A stretch of 64,000 nucleotides of DNA from Microbotryum violaceum (lineage: Eukaryota): the NCBI GenBank assembly GCA_001244265.2, contig CDLV01000015.1, positions 124,001 through 188,000 on the forward strand, written 5' to 3'. This document shows, piece after piece, positions 49,791-64,000 of this stretch. The position numbers and the translations under genes are program-made. Position 1 is the stretch's first letter, and each line of letters begins with the position of its first letter. The notes under the pieces are model-generated. The model ran no database searches and had not been told where the DNA came from. It was given only the letters and a program-made list of their open reading frames with translations.

Positions 49791-50690
49791 CGATCCCGAA
49801 TCGGCGGAAAGGGTGTCTGTCCCATCCTGGTCGGCGATCGGCGATCGCAAGGCTGCTCCACCACCAATCTGTTGACAGAGTATTCGGTGTTCAGGTCAAT
49901 GTTCAAGGTGTGAATGCAGTAGGAGGTGCGGTATGATACAGCTAAAATCATATCTATCCTGATTGTCTGAGAAAGTCGGGTCCAAACTCATCGAATACTA
50001 CTGGACCATGGGCCGGGGAATTGAGTCGAGTAGAGTCGCATTCGAATTGTTTGATTATCCCATAATGAAGGGATACACAACTTATCACCACGAAAACTGA
50101 TACCGAGTTCGAGCCCATCCAGTGGAAATTCAGACTCGAGCTGATAGAGTCTCTACATTTTCGCACCCATCTCATCCCGCATCCCGAGTGGAGATGTCGA
50201 GGAGGCACCGTGCATGACGCGCATGTCGAACTGGCCGTCCTGTGCCGCTTTGCCTCGCCAGTCAACGCCTACGAGAGGAACTCAACTAACCTTACGCCGG
50301 TTGTTCAAATAAACACCGGGCGATTCAGCCGCACCGCTCGATGTTCCTGAGCGTCAGACTCGCCCGATGCTTGTCATTGGCGACGGATTATCAGTTCCCC
50401 GACCTCATCTCCTATCTCCGATTAACTTCCCCCGCCAGTCCAAGGCTCTACACTTTGCGCACATTTCCCATCTTTTGTTCTCTTCGAAAAAGCAACTATG
50501 GTCGGGGTTTCATTTTATGAAGGCGCCTTTGCGGAGAGCCAGTCGTGATCGTCGAAATCCGCGAGTCCGACAATGCGTCCCTCACCGGCCGTGTCGGTAC
50601 TGCGCAACTCAACTCTCCTGCTTCCCTCTCGCAAGCTTTGTATCACTCGGATGGTACATACATTACAATCTTCATGAGCGCCTTCGCCTC

Positions 50691-52280
50691 CTATTCCTCA
50701 TCACTACTTTCGACAGTCTCCCACTGCGTCGCGGCCCTCCCTCTCTGCGTGCCAGCCCCACTTCCGCCATTGCCCATCGAGGCGCCCCCATTCTGCCTCT
50801 CCTGCTCCACGCGCCGCTTGTGCGCCTCGACGCGTCGCTTAAGGCCGAGATCTTCGTGTACATGCTCCATCGTCATGTCTTTGACGGGGCAGCCATGGAC
50901 GGGGCAATTCTGCTTGCCCTTTGCGACGAATTCGACGAACGCGGCGCGCGAGTACGAGTGTGGGCATTTGTTACTGAAGGCCACGATAGGGAAATCGAGG
51001 ACCGAGTTTTAAGAAGCATCAGAACTGGACTCCAGAATCAGAATGACTCGCATCGAGTACTCACGATGTGACCGGATCGGTCAACAAGGTCAAAGTGAGC
51101 GGGCACTTGAAGTCGGATGATTGGGCGCCAATTTCGATCTCGTCGTCCGAGTCGTCTTCGTCCCCTGCCTCTATGGTGTTGAAGAGTCGAGATAGAACCG
51201 AGGCATGCGCAAAGTCAAGTTTTGATTTCGAAGCATAAGAGCTGTGTCAGCTCATTTCGTGATAGGCGACCACTCCGAGTCGGCGATCAGAGCCAGCACT
51301 CACGCGAAGGAATGAATCTCTTGAGATTCGGTACCGGCTTCCCATCGTACAGTTGTTCCTGAGAACGAGTATCAAACGTCGACACCATCAGATTCTAGCT
51401 CGAAAGTGCCTTGACAGCCTCGCCATGCTGATGTTGGTTCTCTTATTCGCTCACCCAGAGCAGCGCGCGAAACGATTTCCACAGCTGGTTGTCGAGGTAC
51501 TTTTGCCTCGGTGTCTGCAGTCCGTACGCCTCGAGTAATATCTGAACCTCCTGCTCGTATTGGTCGTAGAGATTTGTCTGCGATAAAACGTCGTCCGATG
51601 CGCCGCTGACTCGAGTTGAGTACGACGACCAAGCGCTTCATCACCCGAGTTCCCCACCGCGCGCAACTCACAAAGACATGTCGTTGGGCCAGCTTCTGCC
51701 TCATTTCTGAAAGAGTCTTGGTTCGAATTTCGATCTCGGCAAGTTTGTCGAGCAAGTGACGGTACTGCTTCTCGATGCCCCTGATCTCTTCCTATCGACT
51801 CCGATGGCGGTGACGCATTGCGACGCGTAATCCCAGCGAGAAATGACGAGTGGTCAGCGCTAAGCCCCTTCCTCGCACCTCATTCCATGATGCCTTACTC
51901 ACCGGATCTTCAGGTACTTCATCATCGCCCAAATCTGCCTCCCTCTCATGCCCCTTCTCCGAAGCGACATTGGCGCCGACCTCCTCGAGCAACTCGACCG
52001 TGGTGATCAATTGATTCCTCAACCCTTTCAAGTCCTGAACCAACAACTTGAGCCTCGCCTCGGACTGTTGCGCATGCAGAGGCTGGTTCAAGTACTGCGG
52101 TAACACATCCCCGAGGTCGACTTTGGACGGATCGATCTCGCCTTCCGAGTCGTCATCATGGCCTGCGCCGCCTTTACCTTGCTGGTGCGACGTCGATGCG
52201 CGACGAGCTGGGGCGTCTTGTTCGTCGTCCGAGTCGTCACGGATCATGTTCGACCGTCGCGACTTGCTGGCCGATGGCAT
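50691..52280 (-). CDS. NSE2: SMC5/6 E3 SUMO ligase Nse2/Mms21 (SP-RING)
   Basis: DDEIEIGAQSSDFKCPLTLTLLTDPV followed by NKCPHSYSRAAF...QNCPVHGC, preceded by a coiled-coil N-terminal half. Multi-exon. Confidence 0.88.
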
Positions 52281-52728
52281 GTTGGGTTCAGCGACAGGTG
52301 GTTTTCCCCAGAAAGAGAGTGAAGGGATCGGCATGGGTTTGAGAGCGAGAGCGACGGTCAGCTTTATTGCTTTAATTCGACGCGCCGACGCGCTCCGACG
52401 CGATAAAATGAGGCGTCGTTCGGCCGTCGTATTATTACGACTGAGGTCTTGGTATCACACCGCCCCAAACTGAGGACGATCGATCATTACTCTTTGTGCC
52501 AAGTACACCCAGCCGAACGCTCCTTATACAGTCTTACACCTCCTTCAGGAGATAGGTAGGACAAGAGAAAAAGCAAAGTATTCACTCTCAGCCTAAACGC
52601 TCAGACTTGCATATGTTTTGAGAGCATACTTGTGTTGCTGAGGTAGTGCACGTGTTCCTCACGCTCACAGCTTGGGATTGTAAACATTGTCATGAAAGCC
52701 AGACCTTCATTGCACGGGGAGATCAAGA

Positions 52729-53619
52729 TCAAGACCTAGCAACTTGCCTTCGTCGCTGAAGTTGAGCAAGCTCTAGTTTTGTCCTCAAGATGGCGACCTC
52801 CTGCTGGGCGAGCTGTTCCGCTCGAACAAGGTTCTCAACCTGGGTTGAATGAGCCAAGAAAGGGCCTGGATGCTCAGGTCCCAAACTCGGATTCGATCGC
52901 ACACGACCACCGAATGTAGGAAACGCATTCTGTTCACTCTCACCCTCGCTGTCCGAAAGATCAATCACCAGGGCCGCTGGTGCAGCAGTGACAAATAAAT
53001 CTTGGGCAGGGGTGCGCCGACCGGATGGTGTAGAGCTGCCAAGAGCCACGGCCAAAGGAGGGGACGTGGTCAAGTTGTCGAGTGACCGTTCATGAGAAGA
53101 AGTAAGAGAATCTTCCTCTTGAGATGATAGGACCACGCCTCTTGTAGGATTCTTTTGGGTCGGATCGCTTGCTGGAACTGCCTCCTCAGCTGCTGAAGGG
53201 TCGACAGGCGGAAATAAGAGGCTGTCAAGCTCGTGTTCGAACGATCGAGCTCGAGCCTGGTTGCGAAGGGCAAGAGCAGCTTTCTGAGAAAGAAGCTTGT
53301 CCTTGTGGATCGACTCAGCCTGAGACGGTTCCAGGTTGAGCGCGGGGGCTGATGGGGTCGAGAGTCCGTGCGGCGAGATCGGCGGTGACAAGGGCTGAAG
53401 CACACTCGGACCAGAATCAGGCTGGGAACCCAGCCGAGAACCGCTGAGCGCGGCAGCAATGTCGACAACCAGTTGGCTGCATCCGAGTGTCGACAAGTAG
53501 TGTGGTTCGACGCCCGAGAGAACGAGATCCTGGATCAAAGCAGTCCATTCACTGTCTGCGAATTGCGAGGTTGCGTGCGCGGTTGCGGTTGCGGTTGCGG
53601 TCATGTCATGAGTGTGCAC
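52729..53619 (-). CDS. Hypothetical protein (296-aa ORF; true start uncertain)
   Basis: Long ORF with a helical segment (WTALIQDLVLSGVEPHYL), a SIM-like LVIDLSDSE motif and a C-terminal coiled coil. Confidence 0.55.
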   Translation of the reverse strand: MHTHDMTATATATAHATSQFADSEWTALIQDLVLSGVEPHYLSTLGCSQLVVDIAAALSGSRLGSQPDSGPSVLQPLSPPISPHGLSTPSAPALNLEPSQAESIHKDKLLSQKAALALRNQARARSFEHELDSLLFPPVDPSAAEEAVPASDPTQKNPTRGVVLSSQEEDSLTSSHERSLDNLTTSPPLAVALGSSTPSGRRTPAQDLFVTAAPAALVIDLSDSEGESEQNAFPTFGGRVRSNPSLGPEHPGPFLAHSTQVENLVRAEQLAQQEVAILRTKLELAQLQRRRQVARS

Positions 53620-54871
53620 AATGAGAAATTCGGTGGCTGAACGCTCGTCAGCAAAAATGGTTCTGCTGCACGCCCCTCAGCGGCCTGGCTTGATCGAGAA
53701 CGCACCGTCGTCTGTCAGAGGATGCCCAGGCATGAAAGGAGCCGGCGCTGAACGGCTTGAGATTGGCGTCACCTCGCCTGCGATATCGGGCTTGCGGCGC
53801 TGTGAGGACATTCGGGCTGCATTACGCAGATTGTCCGCTTCCATAGAGAGGCATCAGACTGTTGCAATGGCCGTTGAATCTGATGACGCCTATGCAACGG
53901 CGCGCGGGTTTCAGAGACCGAAGCGAGGGCGTCCACGGCGGCGACGATTGATGAGCAGCAGCAGGGAAAAACGAAGCGATGAGTCGCGCTGGGTAGAACA
54001 CCGGGAACCAGGTGCTTTTGCGTTCCGAGTCGATCAGGGAGGCGGTGTCGTCAGTCTCTTGACTAGAACGTTTGAGCTGGGGGCCAGTGGGGCAACGCGA
54101 GACAGGTGAGTGACCCGAAATCAAGCGCTCGTCAGTGACATCGCCGGTCTCCAGCTAGCAGAGGCCCAGAAGTTAGAACTCGCCTAAGCCTCGCTAGAAT
54201 TCGCTCGAATCACGAATTACGGAGCTACTACGTAACTTTAGACAAGGAGAGAGTCTTCACTTTAGTCCCCTAGACTCCGCTCGAGAGTTGAAGGCTTCGG
54301 CTAATGCTGAAATTACCTGCAACCACCGTGGCAATTGAATCCTGTTGTCGGCACGAGTTTTCACAGCAATCTTTCGTTGCTACTCGGAATCATGTTTTCC
54401 ACTGGACAACAATTATATATGCTTTGTAATTGATGACTATGCTCAAAGGAAGCCATGATCGACCTTGCGAAAGGATTGTGACCCTGCGCTTCTGTAATGT
54501 ACACTGCTCCGTTCGCTCCTCCCTCGGCATCTCTTTCGCAATTGTCGACCGCCCGACCGTCCTCCACGGCGATTCCGTTTCGAGCCTCGACCCAAGCAAG
54601 TTTGCAGGTACGTATGGGGTCTAGCTCGTCTTCTTTACTGCATGCCTGAATCAGGTCCACACCCTTCACTGTCGTCTCAATCTCTTAAAGCCCGCTTCCG
54701 TTCAGTCGTCGCTAAATTGACTCTGTGACATCATCGGCATCACCAGCGGCAGCTGCGCCCTCACGCGCTTACGATAACTTTGTATGCTGATCTACAGGTA
54801 GACTTTTGGGTGCAGATCTATCGACTTTCAGCAGTAGCGACGGTTTACCATTGGGGGGGAGGGGGCACACA

Positions 54872-56548
54872 ATGTCGACCAAAACGGACCCAAGCGGGGC
54901 GAGCGTGTATCGCTGCTCGCTTGAGCTCGAACGTGAGTTCGAACCAGCGATGTTTGTACCATAGGCAGTAGAATCCCGGGGCCTTTCCTGCTGGGCTGGG
55001 ATACTACTCCGCCTGTTGCCCTTCTTATGACTCTGTATCCGACTGTTGAGCCCTAACGTTGCTTCAGCTTGGTTAACCGCTTGAGCTCCACAGCCAGTTA
55101 TCGCCTAGAGATTCAAAAGGTCGATTCCACGATCTCCACCTCGATCCTTTTGCATGATCGAATCCCAAAGCTACAAGCTCAGGCAAGCACGAAGTGCCAA
55201 CTGCGTGGGCATGGGGTTATCTTGTTCAAACTGACGACTCGGAATCTCACCCTGGTCAGATCGAGGCTTCGTCGGGCATAATGTCGGTCGTTATGCTTCC
55301 CGAGGGCGCACCCGGCAGCTCAGTCCAACAATCTCACGAATTCAACCTCGTCAAGGCACTGGTTCTGGTACTTTGGCCCCACTTTGCCTGTCGCTGCCCC
55401 AATCCCGAAGAACTCGAAGTCATTCCGACGCCTCCGAATCCGACTCTTTCGGCGGCATTGGATCAGATAGGTAAGGCGGCAGGCAACGTGCGAGCGGGGT
55501 CAGTTTAAAGAGGTTCTGATGCTGAAGCAGAGTCTCGTACTTGTCAAGGCGGCGTCCGGAAAGGCTCGGGGAACGGGACCCTCATTTCGCGTGGAGCGGT
55601 CTTCCAACTATTCAAATATGCCTGCACATCCAATCAAGAGGCCCCATTGTTCCCCTATGTCGTCGCCGAGACAGCAGGGACCGTTCACCCTCTTCGACCT
55701 ACAAAGCCCGTGCCTGCCTCAACGATATACTCCCGACATATTCCACATCTGCAACAGTTTTTCTCGCTCCATGTGGCCGGACCTTCCGATCTGGACACCC
55801 TGCATGGTATGTAAACTTTTGTGCTATCATCGGATACCCGCCCCGGCCATGACGCTGACCAGATTGGAGTCAATTTTGGAAGCGTGGCTCAACGATGAGC
55901 GAGTGGATGTATTTTGGCAAGAAAAGGGGAACTTTGAGCAGCACCAAAAGTTTCTTACCGATCGAACCTCGGACGCACACCTGCTACCAGTGATTGGAAG
56001 TTATCTCCCTGAAACCACCCCGGAAGGACAGGTCAATACATCAAAGGAGCCGGCAACATACTCGGAGATATACTGGGTTAAGGAGGATCGGCTGGGCCCA
56101 CTGATGGAAGGAGTACAAGACTACGATCGTGGTTAGCATGCTTTCGATCTTTCGGAGCCCACCTTGCACAGTCCTGACCACCGCCCACCTTCTTGCTCGC
56201 CAGGCTTGCACATGCTCGTGGGCTCGAATGCACATCGAGGTCCGCATCGAATTCGCGCATGGATGCCCTCCTTGGTTCACTATTGTTTCCTTGACGAGCC
56301 ACGGACTCAGCGTGTCGTATGCGAACCGAACGAGAAGAACGTCAAGATACTCAAGGTATGCTTGGTTCGGCATATTCCACATACCATCCTGACCCGCTTC
56401 TGATTTACACCCCTTTGAAACTATTTTGGAATCGCAGTACCTGCAATCAGTCGGCTTTGAGCGACACGGTAGTGTCGCGTTCCCTCACAAGACCGCAGCC
56501 TTGATGGTCGTCGATCGGGTTCGATTTTATGAGCTTTTCCCATTCTAA
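54872..56548 (+). CDS. Siderophore-biosynthesis-type GNAT N-acyltransferase (IucB/AlcB/SidL-like); 5' exons uncertain
   Basis: WLNDERVDVFWQEKG, YSEIYWVKEDRLG, DYDRG|LHMLVG...RG, SLVHYCFLDEPRTQRVVCEPN and FPHKTAALM...RFY...PF*. These match the C-terminal domain of hydroxy-ornithine/lysine acylases. Confidence 0.85.
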
Positions 56549-56689
56549 CGTCTTATGACTTTTATTGCGTGGGATAAGGTTTTGAAATAAACACTCTGTG
56601 CTGAGCTATGTGCTGCTACAAAAGAAAAAAGGCTGTAGGCTTGACCACGGTCCGCGCATCAAGCCTCAGTGTGGAGGACAACGAATTGA

Positions 56690-59600
56690 TCAAACATCAA
56701 AAGCGATGCGTGCACCACACAATACGTAGGGATACCTGCACCGATTCAATGTCAAATCAGTGCTCTAGGACTTGTACCACCAATATTACGGCGGATGAGG
56801 GGACTCACTTTGCTTGGTAAAAGTTGGTGAACGACGGCCGCGCAAGGCGAGCAGGCGTAACATATGAAGCCCCGGTGATGATTAGGTGCTGCCCATCAAA
56901 AAAGTCGGTCGAGTAGCCCGGATCTTTAAAGCCACAAAGTACATTCAAGGGGCATGAGCCGAACGGGTTCATTCGAATACCGTTACGCTTCACTACCACT
57001 TACAGAGTTTCCCGGCAACGAAACCTTCATGCGCATCCAATTTGGTCGATGTCCACAACCACACCCCACCATCGCTTGCACCAGGCAGGCGGCTTCCCGG
57101 GCGTGAAGGCGATGGGGGCAGAGGGTGCAGATTCACCAGTCCGATATTGCTTGTTGGGGCGTCGACCGGGTTTGCGGCGTGGAAAACAGCCAGCTCCTCG
57201 CGCGTTGGGAGTCGACCACCATTTGCCTGCACTCCATGTCAAGGAAGACTTAGTCATACCATCCCATACATATATGAAGCCGAAAAACGCCTGACCTTTG
57301 CATAGGCTGCAAGTTGCACAGCGGAGCCAGTGACGGGCCATTCCAGAGCGTGGGTCATGGCGACCTCTCCATACAGAGTCTTGACCACAATGTCGTCCAC
57401 CGAGGACGTCGCTGAGCCAGTCAAGGACCGCCACGACGAAGGGAAGAGCGCATCGGTACTCTCCACTGTCGACAGGAACACGAGGTACTCCTTATTACGC
57501 ACAGGTAGCGCAGAGAGTTTGAACGCCGCGACTTGCACTTCGCGCTTGGGAGCTTCAAGATCCCACCCAAAAGCATGCGAGGACTCGAATTTGTGAGTTT
57601 CGTTTCCGTCCTCGTCTTCGTTGTCGTCAAGTCCTATCAGTACAGTACAGGATCCAAACGCAAGGGGCTTGGTCAAGGATTCGGCGTCATCTGCTGCTGC
57701 TTCCCGAGCCCATGCTCGACCCAAGCTGACAAAGTCGGGGACCTGTGCACCAATCGGCGCCCGAAGTTGCTGCGCAGCTTGGAGAGCACTGTCGCGAAAT
57801 TGCGAATTGCAGTCACTCAGCAAAGGGCGACAGCGGCACCGCGCGGTGGGACACTTCAGACACAGGCATTGCTCACATGTAAACGAGAGTCTCGAAATGC
57901 ATCGCCTCATGTTCGAACACCATCATGAGAATGCGAGCCAATCGACGGGTCATACGACCGTCTTTAAACTCTTCCTCGTAGATCCTAAGGACGCGAGCAC
58001 GGACCCGATCTTGGTACTCGGTGATGGCATCCAATGAAGGCCATTGATCGTTCTGCGGTGCTGCACTATGCCAGTGCGTGATTGCCTTGGTCTCCACATT
58101 GGGATCAATGCCTCGCTCGAACAAGTCGGCCTGCAACGTGGGAACGAGGTAGGTAAGATCGTGGCACCAAGTCGCAAGGGGCAAGAATCCGCGACTCACA
58201 AATGCAGCAGGCTCTACAAGTGGCTCCTTGAAGTAGCGAGATAGATGGATCGCGGTGAAGCAGGGGAGATGCCCGAGGTAGAAGAGCGGAATGTGTCGGA
58301 GAGGAATCGGTTTCGTCATGAGCAAGTCCTGGGGCATGATGTCACGCTAAGTGGGAGAGAGCAAATAAATGAGAGTCCGGTGCTTGAGCGATAGAGATAT
58401 TGGCTCTCACCACGAGCATGTCCCACGACGCCCATTGCGTTTTCCACTCATCCACTGATGGGAGCCCGTACGCATTCGGAGATGGCGTCACGCCAAATTG
58501 CTGGAGAGACGGGTGGTTCGAAAGGGAGAATGCGATAGTAGGGCGCTCAACGAGGTAGAGTGAGTACTTTTGGGTGGAATCAGACCATCGCTGGACAACG
58601 CGCATTCCGGCTGCATGGAAAAGAGCCAGTGCTTCGTTTCGGTTGTACTGTAGAGTGAACAGGTTTTCTAGTGTTCAGCACAATCCTGAAGCACCAATAG
58701 CTGCTATAACGGCCCGGCGCACCTTGTAAGAAACTTCAATTTGCATCAGTCTGAGCAAGAAGAAGTTAGCACGAGCCAGGGACTGCGTCGGCTTCCACAG
58801 CGCGCACTCACTCGTCCTTCTCAAGGACCACGTCTTCACGGCCGGGTATCGGCACACGAAGCTTGTCCACCTTGCATCGGATGTACGCCTTCAAGAAAGG
58901 AAGTCGGTTAAAAGGACCAAGGCCATCTTCCACCCATGGGTTCAGCGCAGCACTCACCTCGTGACGTCCTTCTTTTTGGTTGTACCAGTTCTCGTACTCG
59001 AAGTTAGCGCTACAAAGGGGCGACCCGTTGGGATAGTCGCCTTTTGCGGTATTGGTAGCGAGAGCCCGGCCTGCCTGATCTACACCCTCCAAGATGAAGC
59101 GGCGAGTGACACCTTCTGGGTCGTTGTACGCACTCTCAATCGTCGCCGCGTCGTTGCAACCGTCGATACCGATGAGCATAGTTTCTCCGGGACGCAACTT
59201 GACATTCTTCAGAAACAAGCAGGCCTCGCGTCTGGAGAAGTTTCCGATCGATGACCTGGGGGAAAAACCGGACAATAATTCGCGGATCAGCTCTATTTGC
59301 CGGCACTGTGCGAGAGGCGGATCACATACCCAAGCCACATGATGCTGCTTGTGCGAGCATGATCCTGGCTCGATGAGTATCTTGCAAGGTGATCTATCCC
59401 ATCGTCGTAGAGGCCGTGCAGTCCGCCGATCTTAACTCGAGGAGTCTCGTCGTCTTCGGTCTTGACCGCGGCGGGTTCCTGCTCGGCAAGGCTATTAAGA
59501 GAGAGTTCAAGAGAGCTTTTCTCCAAGTCCAATGCTTCGTAATCGATGGAGCGGAATCCCGACAGTTTCCCGGCTTTCAAAAGTTCTGAAAATGCCGACA

Positions 59601-60515
59601 GCAGGTGGCGCGTCTTGTCGAGCGAGCTGCATAGGCGTCGAAGGATGCACCGGCATGAGTCGCCGAACACACGCGCAACAAGCTACACGGCGGTGCAACT
59701 CACCCGGATCCTAGTTCAATGATCACGGCTTCGGCACTAGGCGCTCCGTTGACCTCGCCGCTACAGCCGTTCACCCCATGATTGTGCTTTCCGACGCCAA
59801 AGTCGCCCCACTTCTCTCGGATAGGAGAGCCTTTAGGCTCGCCGTTCGTCTGCAAGGGCGGCGCCTGCTCAGCTTCGGCATGGTCCATGTCGTGATTGTG
59901 AGTGTTGAGCTCGGAACTCTTCTTCGATTGATTTTTCGCCAAGGCAAAATCGCTAGGCAGTCCGAGCATGCGCGCCGCCTCCAATACAAATGATCTGTCA
60001 GCCTGGTCCAGACGGGAGCCCGATCGGAGCGTGCATGTGCGTGCGGGGGGCTAGGTGGGGCTGCGTGTTCGGCCGCGATGGGCCGCGAAGCGGTCGGAGT
60101 GACGGGTCTAGCATTATTCCACTGAGGACTCACTATTTCGTCTCCATAGTTTTGTAAGATTTCGAGCTCGCAGGCGAAAAGATAGTAACTCTGACGGGGT
60201 CACGGGGTGGCATCTCCGAGTCGTCAGCTTACTGCGGACTCCGTCATCGAGCAACCAGCCCCGGGGCGCTAAAGCGAGCTGATGCGCCGGCAGACTTACC
60301 TTGCACCGGGCAATGATCTCAGAGTATATGCCAAGTCCTGCATCGCTGTAGAGGTACTGCGTCGGGATGCTGCGTGACCAGACCCGGTCGTCCTGACCTT
60401 GCCTCCTCGAAGCAGTCAGACCATCAATCAGTTGTTCACGCAGATGACTCGGCTGCTGTGCACTCTTGAGAGGCAGGATGCGGGCAGCAGCAGGTGGCGG
60501 CAGTGCAGAGGCCAT
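56690..60515 (-). CDS. EGT1: Ergothioneine biosynthesis protein Egt1 (histidine methyltransferase plus hercynine sulfoxide synthase)
   Basis: SIPTQYLYSDAGL, IELGSG|SLDKT, WLG|SSIGN, AYNDPEGVT..FIL, KPIPLRH..FYLGH, FERGIDP, Fe motif EHEAMHFETL, FGWDLE.P and PGYSTDFFDG. Many introns. Confidence 0.95.
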
Positions 60516-61046
60516 GTTTCACAAAGTCTGGATCGAAAGGGTGCTCGCTGGAGGTGGACCTGTCCTGGTTCGACGGCTGTGGGCGTTGCAAGTCAGGTTG
60601 GAGGAGTTGTTGGAAGAAAATCGCGAACAAGCTGACTCGTGCTACCTCACGGCCGGCGAGCCGATCGGATCGGCTTCGATCTGTCTCGATGCCTTCGATG
60701 TTCATCATTGGTTCGGGCTCGCGTCACGTGCGCGAGGAGTCTCTGCCACAGCTGCAGCGCCTGTGCAAATCCCAAGGTACATTGTTATAAAGAAATGGCT
60801 TACCTTGACCATCGCTGACAGCTACTACAGAGGCTCAAAAAGGAAGTCACAAATTCTGCGACATTTTCCCAGAAGTTCTTGCTATTCAGCTAGCAAGATC
60901 ATCCTACATTTGTGCTGGCGCCTGCTGGGCCTTGCCGGTCTTTGCCGGTCTGCCTAGCGACTCCCCAAGCCCGCAAGCATCTGCCCCTCACCCCTCAACC
61001 CCCACCCAGCCCCCAACAAGCAACGCGTGCGTAGGCCTCATTTCCT

Positions 61047-62926
<1,880 letters not shown>

Positions 62927-63586
62927 TGGCGAAAGGCGATGTTCTTATTCTTGCATTGGCGTGGGTGCAGGTCCCACCTGGACGTTCTGCCAAGCTAGCC
63001 GTAACCAGGTTCCGATTCAACTTTTGAGTCGTATTCGGGAGCCATTGCGGCCTTGTTGCAACGATGAGGACTATTCAGTTGATCAAGTTGGCCGCGGCGA
63101 CGCCCGTCCGTAGTCTCGGGACTAGCGGTTCAGGGGTTGCACCTGGAACGCTGAGGGGATTTCGAGGCATACGCTGCTCCATCTGCGTCAGACTGCGTCG
63201 CACGATATAAGGCCCTACGCCCTACTCTACCGTACCATCAATGTAGTTTGTTACTCAAGTACTACGAACACGAGCGACACTCAAATTAGGGTTTAAAGCG
63301 GACCGCGACGGTGGCAGCGAACCAGAGCGACCCTTTGACTGCAAGGCTCCGAGTGCGAAGCGCGCTCGCTTGCTGAAATGTCGCGTCGACGCGGTCGCGA
63401 CAAACGCGTCGAGTTTATCGGCGGAGACGCGCTGACACGGACGAACGCCTGCGCCGGCACTCGCGCAACCTCACAGCTTCATGTCTCACCCTTGCGACCC
63501 CGTTCCAAGCCTCTGCTGGTTCGACGACATCGCCCCGACATCGTCATAGAATCGGGCCGTGTGATAGGCTCCCGTTGCAAGCGGTG

Positions 63587-64000
63587 ATGACTCATCTAAG
63601 TCGGTAGGTCTTATTTCCAGACCGCAGTAGGAGACGAAGGCGCGGTGTAGACAAAGGGGCTCGTCGCTCCCCCCATCCCTGCCTGGTCAAGCTGACCCGC
63701 CAGAACGTTTGCTCTCATTCTTGATACTCCTCCATGCTTCCTAAAAGGGCGGGCGTTCTTTCCCTCCTCGCGTTGACGCTGCACTATAGCGTGTTATCGA
63801 TCATGCTCCATGTCTCACGGTCGATGCCGGGCGCCCGATACCACGCTTCTTCCGCAATCGCTTTGACCGAGTTTTTCAAGATCATTGTCGCATTAGCCCT
63901 GGTAGCCTGGTCCGGCGAACTTCGACCGACTGTATCTGAACGACAAAGGCTGTATTGGCAGCAGGACGAGCGACGTGCACTGGCAGAGGCGAGCGAGCCG
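63587..64000 (+). CDS. Nucleotide-sugar (UDP-galactose-type, SLC35A) transporter, 5' part
   Basis: GVLSLLALTLHYSVLSIMLHVSR...YHASSAIALTEFFKIIVAL, open to the window end. The start is either 63587 (spliced) or the in-frame ATG at 63734. Confidence 0.78.

Noticed and set aside
50367-51071. 234-aa plus-strand ORF
   Set aside because: Antisense to the NSE2 SP-RING exon and its 3'UTR, with no recognisable domain.
54361-54669. 102-aa minus-strand ORF
   Set aside because: Non-ATG start, no motif and no supporting splice structure.
63287-63296. TTAGGG telomere-like motif
   Set aside because: Single copy, not an array.

Overview
Eukaryotic, intron-rich, gene-dense DNA. Short GT-AG introns with CTRAC-type branch points and the protein content point to a basidiomycete fungus; a Microbotryomycetes-like origin is inference only. 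About 27 spliced genes can be reconstructed by hand: an AIF/AMID-like oxidoreductase (partial), a bZIP factor, UBA4, RNR2, an LSB1/PIN3-like SH3 protein, PHO88, a small secreted 8-Cys protein, BZZ1, two unknown proteins, two paralogous Myb-like genes, a beta-lactamase-family hydrolase, a Myb+C2H2 factor, GAL7, RTT109, an M28 carboxypeptidase, a DAO-family oxidoreductase, FKBP12, a GCIP-like protein, RPN11, a decayed MFS transporter, NSE2, a hypothetical protein, a siderophore-type N-acyltransferase, EGT1, TRM61 and a nucleotide-sugar transporter (partial). I saw no rRNA, tRNA, CRISPR array or intact transposon. Most notable observations: (1) a 102-bp near-perfect inverted duplication of an apparent gene fragment between GAL7 and RTT109, a candidate hairpin-RNA locus; (2) a micro-exon-built secreted Cys-rich protein invisible to the ORF track; (3) a triplicated splice acceptor plus terminal exon in the bZIP gene; (4) an FKBP gene with a 3-nt micro-exon and two non-canonical splice sites; (5) sense-strand C-rich/G-rich alternation tied to exon structure, which fades after about 50 kb. 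All exon models are manual and lack transcript support.
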